A stretch of DNA of 64,000 bases, taken from contig CAVVUN010000004.1 in NCBI GenBank assembly GCA_963751455.1, forward strand, positions 20,946 to 84,945, written 5' to 3'. Below, in pieces: positions 42,501 through 51,500 of the stretch. The position numbers and the translations under genes are program-made. This stretch comes from Nitrospirota bacterium (GTDB lineage: Bacteria > Nitrospirota > UBA9217). The first letter of the stretch is position 1. Each line of letters begins with the position of its first letter. The notes beneath the pieces are model-generated. The model was not told the DNA's origin, searched no databases, and was given only the letters and a program-made list of their open reading frames with translations.

Positions 42501-45500
42501 ATGGGGTATCAACCTAAATGGTCGCCTGATGGTCGAAATCTGGCGTTTTCTTATTTTGATAACTCTGGAATATGGCATCTTGGTATTTACAACATACAAA
42601 CAACATCATCAAAACCGCTTACAGGCGACTCAGCCAGGGAATACGCACCTGTATGGTCGCCCGACGGGACAAAAATAGCGTTTCAGAGTAACAGAAACGG
42701 GAATAATGATATTTGGATAAAAGACCTTGTTACAGATACTATAACACCAGTCATTTTGAGTGAAACGTATAAATATGGACAAGAATTTTCGCCGGAAGGA
42801 AATCTACTTGCATATTTCGATCAGGGGAACCTCTATGTGATTGATCTTAAAAGCGGCGGTACAATTCTCATTGACGATAACGCAAGCGGGTCTGTTGCAT
42901 GGTCTCCTGACGGGAAAGCGGTCTCTTTTGTGTCATACAGGGATGGCTTCGGAGATGTTTACACGTTCCAGTTGGAAACCGGCAGCAGGGTCAAGGTGGT
43001 AAGTATAGAAACCTATGATCTAGATGTGTATCCCATTATTTGGGCACATGGCGGGCAACACATCGTTTATGATTTGTATGATTATATGAAGGGAAATGAC
43101 TCTGTTTGGATAGCTCCGGCATTTGCGCAAGGGCAATCCAGATTGATCAAAGACGATGTGTATCTCATCGGCAAGACTAACAAAGGCGGAATAATCTATT
43201 CAAGTTATGATAATGATATGGAAAACATGTACCTTGAAGGGCATTTCAGTTTTACCAATATGCCGCTGAAGGCAGGAGAAAATGTGTTTTATGTAAAGGC
43301 CACTGACGCTGCGGGCAACGTAAGTGTCCCTTCGGACGCTATATCGGTTATTTATAATGCCGGCCTACTACCTGATGTAACAACAACGCTCGATGACCTC
43401 CATCTTTACCCGCCCTATCCCGTTGAAAACGAGGAAACGGCTATAAATATCTCTCTTTGGAATAAAGGGCAGGTAGAAGTAAAAGATGTGGACGTGCTTG
43501 TGTACATGTGGAATGCAAGGGGAGAACTTGAGCTGTTGAAGTCCGAGAGAGTTGTCTCTATTACGCCGGAATCAGCTGAATTAATCAGCGCTGTGTGGGA
43601 CAGCAAGGGCAAGACCGGCGAGAACAGACTTGTCGTAGTACTCGATCCCGAGGATAAGCTTGCCGAATCCAGCGAATCGAACAATATGGCGATCAAGGAT
43701 TTTATTGTTACATCGAATAGGGGAGTCGCTATCACAACGGCGCTCGATAGCACTCAGTATGGCAGCGAGCAAGATGTCGGAATCAAGATCACAGTATGGA
43801 ACAACGGTATCAATAAGGATGTTATTCTTGATGCACAAATCGAAGACGAGAACGGCAAGCCGGTTGTTGTTTTCGATTCTAAGGCTATATCGCTCGCTTA
43901 CGGCACGAACACTACGAATGATATCATCTGGAACACCGGAAGTACCTACGTTGGCACCTATAGCGTCCGCACATTAGTCAAAGAGGCTTCCGGCACTGTT
44001 TTGGACGAAAATATTCTCTCCTTTACCATTATTCCTGATACGGATATAGATTTGACCATTGTTACTGACAAACTCAGCTATGGACCCGGGGAAAGCCTAA
44101 GTATAAACTGCAAAGTTATCAACAGTGGCATAAATTATATAATCCCCGCTTTCCAGGCAAAAGTGCGAATTAACGATTCGGCAGGAACATTGTTCTTTAC
44201 CGAAACTAAGAATTTGGCCAACATACTGCCAGGTGCAACTGTTAGCTTGAGCGCTGCATGGAATACCGGTCTCAGCCAGCCCGGTGATTATGCCGTGAAT
44301 GTGGAATTGTCCCATGACGGCCAGACCATTGCGACAAAGTCAGCATCATTCAAGGTCAACGCCGTCATGACGCTTACCGGCAGCGTTACTGTAGCGCCGT
44401 CTCCGGTCCCGCTCGGCGGCATAGTGCAGACAAATTATACCATTGCTAACAGCGGCAATATCGATGCTGTAGACATTACAGCGAAGATAATTGTCGCAGA
44501 TCCGAAAACCGGAGTGGGCATTACTACCCACGAAGAGGAGATAACGATCGCCAGAGACAGCTCATGGGCAGGGCAGTACGCATTCACCACGGAAGGCTAC
44601 AGTCTCCAGACTTACGCGGTTATGCTTCAGATTGTTCAGCAGGGTTCCGTAAAGAATCTCAGCAGCGCGTCCTTCAACGTGAAAGACCTTATCACGCCGG
44701 TGATCGCCGTTCAGTCTCCAGTCGAAGGCACGATCTATAACTCGACCATCCCAGTTGTAGCACTTCTTTCTGATAATGCATCCGGTGTAGACAAGGCCGA
44801 ATACCGTATCGCTGATGGCACATGGAAACTCCTGCCTCTTTCTGATCCTTCCACGGGACGCTATGCAATCGCGTGGGAGCCGACCATTACCGACAACGGT
44901 CACAAAACGGTCAGTTTCAGGGCTACTGACAAATCTGGAAATACTAGTAGTGTCGTAGCGGTGGGCTTCGAGATCCAGATGGACATTGAGCCGCCGGTTA
45001 CAACCATATCCATAGGAGCGCCGAAATACGAAATAGACGGAAAATTTGCTGTCAACGGCAGTACCGCTTTTACTTTAAGTGCTATAGACAACTTCTCCGG
45101 TGTGGCGAAGACCGAGTACAGAATCGGCGGAGGAAGCTGGACCGCCTATGCTCCGTTTACGGTTGCTGGAGAAGGAGAGTATACAATCCACTATTACAGC
45201 ATGGACAACCTGAACAATACAGAGGCATTCAGGACGATTTCCGTGATGGTGGACAATGCCGCTCCGATGACGACCATTACGACTGGCGATCCGAAGTATA
45301 CAGCTCCTGACGGAAAACTGTATATTGCGAGTGGTGCGATGTTTAGACTCGCCGCGACGGACAATATTTCCGGCGTTGCCGCAACTGAATACCGAATCGA
45401 CGGCGGAAACTGGACTACCTATACTCCGTTCACGATTCCAACGGAAGGCACGCACAAGATCGATTATTACAGCAAAGATAACGTAGCGAATACAGAGAGT

Positions 45501-48500
45501 TACAAAACGCTTGCGGCAGTCGTGGACAATACTCCACCGGTAACGACGATCACCACCGGCGATCCCAAGTACAATGCTGCAGACGGCACAATTTATGTGT
45601 CGAGCGGCGCAAGTTTGACGCTCACTGCAACCGACAATCTGTCCGAGGTGGCCAAGAGCGAATACCGGATTGATAACAATCCGTGGACCCCGTATGCGCC
45701 TTTCACGGTAGCTGGGGAAGGAATGCATACTATCGACTTCTACAGTTTGGATAACGTGACGAATAGGGAGACCTTTAAGACCATCAACGTTATCGTCGAC
45801 AATACGCCTCCGGTCACTGCCATAACCTCCGGCGGTATCAAGTACACTGCTGCAGACGGCACGGTCTATGCATCGAGTGTCGGGACATCCACATTAACAG
45901 CCATGGATGAGCTCTCAGGCGTCGCCAAAACCGAGTACCGACTTTGTGATGGCGCTTGGATTGCCTATGCGCCCTTTAACCTTGGTGCGGAGGGCGGATA
46001 TTCGATCGGATATCGTAGCGTTGACAACGTTCAGAATCCAGAGATGATCAAAACCTTTACTGTAACGATCGATAAAACTCCACCCGTGTCCGAGATTATG
46101 GTTGAAGATCCGACGTATACGGCATCTGACGGCAAGCTTTACGTGACGAGCGAAAGCGCGTTTACTCTTGTCGCAATAGACAATCTCTCCGGCGTTGCAA
46201 AGACCGAGTACCGGATCGATAACGGTCAATGGCAAGCCTACGCGCCATTCACGGTCTCCGGAGATGGCGCTCATACCATCTTCTACCGGAGTGCCGACAA
46301 CGTCGGGAATACAGAGACTGAGAAGAACGTCTCCGTCATCGTGGACAACACACCGCCGGTGACAAACCTGACTGTTGGCGATCCGAAATTTACCGCCTCC
46401 AACGGAAAACTTTACTCAGCCGGTGTGAGCATGTTTACGCTAACCGCTACGGATAATCTCTCCGGGCTTGCAAATATCGAATACCGGATCGATGGCGGCG
46501 CATGGTTTGTTTATTCCGCGGCGTTTAGCATTTCTGAAGAAGGTGACCATACAGTCGATTATCGGAGCCGCGATAATGCTACGAACCTTGAGGAATTTAG
46601 GAGACTGTCTGTTGCAATCGACAGAACTCCGCCGGTGACAGAGCCCTCGATAGGGACGCATACGTTTACGTCTCAGGAAGGGGAACTGTACATTGCCGGT
46701 ATTAGCACTATCATGTTTATGGCAACCGATAATCTTTCCGGTGTTAGAAAGACCGAGTACCGCATCGATAACGGTCAGCCGACAACGTATGCCGCGTTTA
46801 CGCTTGCTGGAGAAGGTAGTCATACGATCGGCTTCTGGAGCTCGGACAACGTTACAAACACTGAGACCGAGAAGAACATCAGGGTTATTGTTGACAATGC
46901 ACCGCCGGTGACGATGATTACAACCGGCGAGCCGAGGTACACCGGTGCCGAAGGGATATTCTACGTAACGGGTGGAACCACGTTCACGCTTTCTGCAACT
47001 GACAACCTCTCAGGTGTTGTTGCAACCGAATACCGGATCGACAGCGGAAACTGGACCGTCTATACCCCATTCAGAATTGCCACTGAGGGCGTCCATACGA
47101 TTTCATATCGGAGCACAGACAATGTTGCGAATACGGAGACCGAAAATAGGCTCATCGTCATCGTAGACGACACATCCCCTGTGACCTCTATCGCGGTTGG
47201 TGAACCCAAGTATACTGCCGCGGGTAAACTGTATGTAACGAACAGCAGCGCATTTACACTCACGGCCGCAGATGACCTTTCCGGCGTCGCGATAACCGAG
47301 TACCGTGTGGACAGCGGTTCCTGGGTCCCATACTCAGTTCCGTTCACAGTCTTCAAACAGGGCGATCAGACCATAGAGTATCGGAGCAGGGACAAGGTTA
47401 CAAACCTTGAGAGCACCAAGACCTTGGTCGTAACTGTCGATAACTCACCTCCGGTGACGGAGATTACCATCGGAGAGCCGAAGTACACGGCAGCCGACGA
47501 CAAGCTTTACGTGACGAGCGCGAGCAGCTTCAACCTTGCGGGAACCGATACTATTTCGGACGTGGCGAAAATAGAGTATCGAATCGATACAGGGCAATGG
47601 CAAACATACGCACCGTTTACGCTGTCCGGAGAGGGAGCGCACTCCATCTACTATCGGAGCACCGATAACGTTGCGAATACGGAGATCGAAAAGAGCCTAA
47701 TGGTTGTTGTGGACAATACCGCCCCGGTGTCAGTGTCTGCGAGCGCAGATCCCAAGTATACCGATGCCGCCGGTACGGTGTATGCGTCCGGAGCTACTAT
47801 TTTTACACTTTCCGCAACAGATAATCTTTCCGGCGTATTGAAGATAGAAAGCCGAATCGATGACACCGCCATGAAGATGTACGCTCCCTTCAATATCGAT
47901 GTGGAGGGAAAGCATGAAATTGGCCACCGAAGCATTGACAATGTCCTGAATAATGAGGACATCAAGATCTTTAGCGTGACAATAGACAAAACACCTCCTG
48001 TTACATCCATTTCACTCAGTGGGCCGAAGTATGAAACCGACGGTATGGTTTACGTCACGGGCACAAGCGCTTTCACTATTGCTGTAAACGATACTCTTTC
48101 CGGCGTTGCGAAGACCGAATACCGGATCGGCAGTGGATTGTGGACTGATTACACGACTGCTTTCACGATCGCTTCGGAAGGTGACCGTACCGTCGAATAT
48201 CGGAGTCAGGATAACGTAACGAACATAGAAGACGTCAAGGTCTTGGTTGTGCGTGTAGATAATACGGCTCCGGTGACGGAGATAATTATTGGTGATCCTA
48301 AATATACGGCAGCAGACGGAAAAATGTACATTACAGGGGCAAGCACATTTACACTCACGGCAGCGGACAATCTTTCCGGCGTCCGTGCAACTGAGTATCG
48401 AATTGACGGCGGAAACTGGACTGCGTATACTCCGTTCACACTTGCCGGCGAAGGATCACATATCATCGATTACTACAGCAAAGACAATGTTGGGCATACA

Positions 48501-51500
48501 GAAACCTACAAGACGCTTACGGTGGTAGTCGACAATACTGCCCCGGTGACAACAATAACAGCCGGCGATCCAAAGTATACCGCAGTTGACGGAAAACATT
48601 ATGTTGCCAGCGCTACCAACTTCACACTCTCTGCTACAGACAACCTGTCTGGCGTTGTTGTAACAGAGTACCGGATCGACGGCGGAAACTGGACCGCCTA
48701 TGCTCCGTTTACGGTTGCAGCCGAAGGGACCCATACCATCGACTATTACAGCAAAGACAACTTAATCAATACGGAGACATTTAAGAGACTTTCCGTGATC
48801 GTAGACAATACCCCACCGGTAACAACCATAACGACCGGCGATCCGAAGTATACCGCTTCAGAAGGAAAACTCTACGTAACCAGTGGCACCACGTTGACGC
48901 TTTCCGCTACCGACGACCTGTCCGGCGTTGTCGTAACTGATTACCGGATCAACGGCGGAAACTGGACTGTCTATGCTCCGTTTACGCTTGCCGGTGAAGG
49001 AACGCATACTATCGATTATTACAGCAAGGACAATCTAGCTAATACAGAGACGTTTAGAACGCTTTCCGTGATTGTAGACAATACCCCACCGGTAACGGTC
49101 ATAACGACCGGTGAGCCGAAATACACTGCTCTGGATGGCAAAATCTATGTTACCAGCGGTACAACGATCACTCTTTCTGCAACAGATAGCCTGTCCGGCG
49201 TTGCTGTAACAGAATACCGGATCGACAGCGGAACCTGGACTGCGTATGCTCCGTTTGCGATTCTTGCCGAAGGGACGCATACAATCGATTATTACAGCAG
49301 GGACAATGTAAACCATATAGAGGCGCTCAAGACGCTTTCCGTGATCGTAGACAATACACCGCCGGTAACGACCATAACGACCGGTGATCCGAAATACACT
49401 GCTCCGGATGTGAAGATCTATGTTGCCAGCGGCACCACGTTTACGCTTTCTGCCACAGATAACCTTTCCGGCGTGGCTGAAACTGAATACCGGATCGACG
49501 GCGGGGTTTGGACTGCCTATGCTCCATTAACGATTCCTGCAGAAAGGCAGCACACGATCGATTACTTTAGCAAAGACAATGTGAACAATACGGAAGCCAT
49601 CAAGTCCCTTATTGTTATCGTGGACAATACCCCACCGGTGACGACCATTACAACCGGCGATCCCACGTATAATGCTGCGGACGGCAGACTCTATGTTGCG
49701 TCGGCTACTGCGTTTACACTGTCTGCGACCGACAATCTGTCCGGTGTTGCCGCAACAGAATACCGGCTCGATGGTGGAGCGTGGACTGCCTATGCTCCGT
49801 TCACGATTTTCGCGGAAGGAACGCACACGATTGAGTATTTCAGTAAGGACAATGTAGCCAATACAGAGATATCCAAGACACTTACCGTGATTGTGGACAA
49901 CACGTCACCGATATCTACGATAACAACCGGATCACCTCAATACCGGGATTATGAAAAACTCTATGTGAGCGGTAGCACTGGAATAAAAATAGAGGCCTCC
50001 GATGCTGTCAGCGGAGTAAAGAGGACTGAATACGCTATCGACAACAGTGAATGGAACGCCCATACAGCATTATTTTCTCTGACGTCATATGCCGACGGCG
50101 CTCACACCATCCACTACCGCTCTATCGATAACGTCGGCAATCCGGAGGAGGCTAAGGAATCTGTCGTTATCCTCGACAAAACGCCGCCGCAGACGTCTAT
50201 TTCAGCATCAGATCAGTTGGTTGGTGGTGTTGTCAATACGGTCTCACCCTCGACATTCTTCACCTTGACCGCGGGAGACAACCTTTCCGGAGTTCGAGCA
50301 ATAGCATACCGTATCGACGAAGGAGAGTGGCAGGGTTATACCGGAAGCTTTAATCTTAATGGGCTTGCGTCAGGAACACACACTATAGATTATAAATCTA
50401 TAGACAACGTTCTAAACGAAGAAACAGCGAAATCTTTGACTGTCCGACTTATCGTCATTGATTCCGTAAGAAAAGAAGTTTCCGTGGAGCCTGTTGTCCT
50501 CGTCGGGGTTTGGAGCGATAAATCCGACCTGGAGCAGAAACAAGCCGACATCAAGCAACTGGACGAGCTTCTGGCGTCACTTCGAATGGATTACATGACC
50601 GCCGATAACATGGACGATTTTACCTCTGCTCTTCGTTTCGGCAGATACAATACGTACATTCTGATCGATGTTAAAGAACCGGTTGTAAGTGAAGAAATCC
50701 GTGAGGCGGTTTATCGCGGCGACGGCCTTATCTTCCTGAAGACCCGTCAGGATGCAGATCCTTTCCTGGACGACGCTTTTGGGGTGAAGTTAACCGGAAG
50801 GACTACGAGACCCGATCTGGCAGCTGACCTTGAATCCAGTCCGATAGGCAACGGAGGGGAGCTTCAGCTTTCAGGTAAAGCGATTGTAGCTGCTTTAAGT
50901 GCGGAAACGGCAGAGACATATGGCACTGTGACCGACAAGCAGCAGGTCGTTCCCGTAATTATTTCGAATCAATACGGCAAGGGCAGATCGATACTTTATA
51001 CGTTCGATCTGATGAATTCTCCGGATAAGGCCCAGGCCGCGGCCCTTATTGTAAACAGCATTAATCATGTAAGGCCGTTAGAGCATGCAGTCAAGGCCTT
51101 GGACAGCGTCCCGATTCGCATAGCAATTCATAATACAGCGGAACCGGTGACCGTAAAGCTCGTTGAAGCGATTCCTCAGAGCACAACTGCTGATACTGTG
51201 GTCCCGGAGGGAATTCTCGGTGACGGTTCCATAACATGGCAGAGGACCATTGCTTCGAACGAAAACATGCGCTTCGGATATTATCTGAATATCCCGGATA
51301 AAGCAAGCGAGTATGAGCTTGTTACGGAGCTGTTCTACGACAACAACGGGGCTTTTGTTCTGTACGGAACCTATCCGTTGGCCGTTACCGTCTCTAACAA
51401 CTCTGAACAGCTTTTGACAGGTATCATTACAGATTTGACCAATATCACTATGGCCGGCATCAGCGATGCAGAGTGGATAAACGAAGCGATTGATGCGTTG

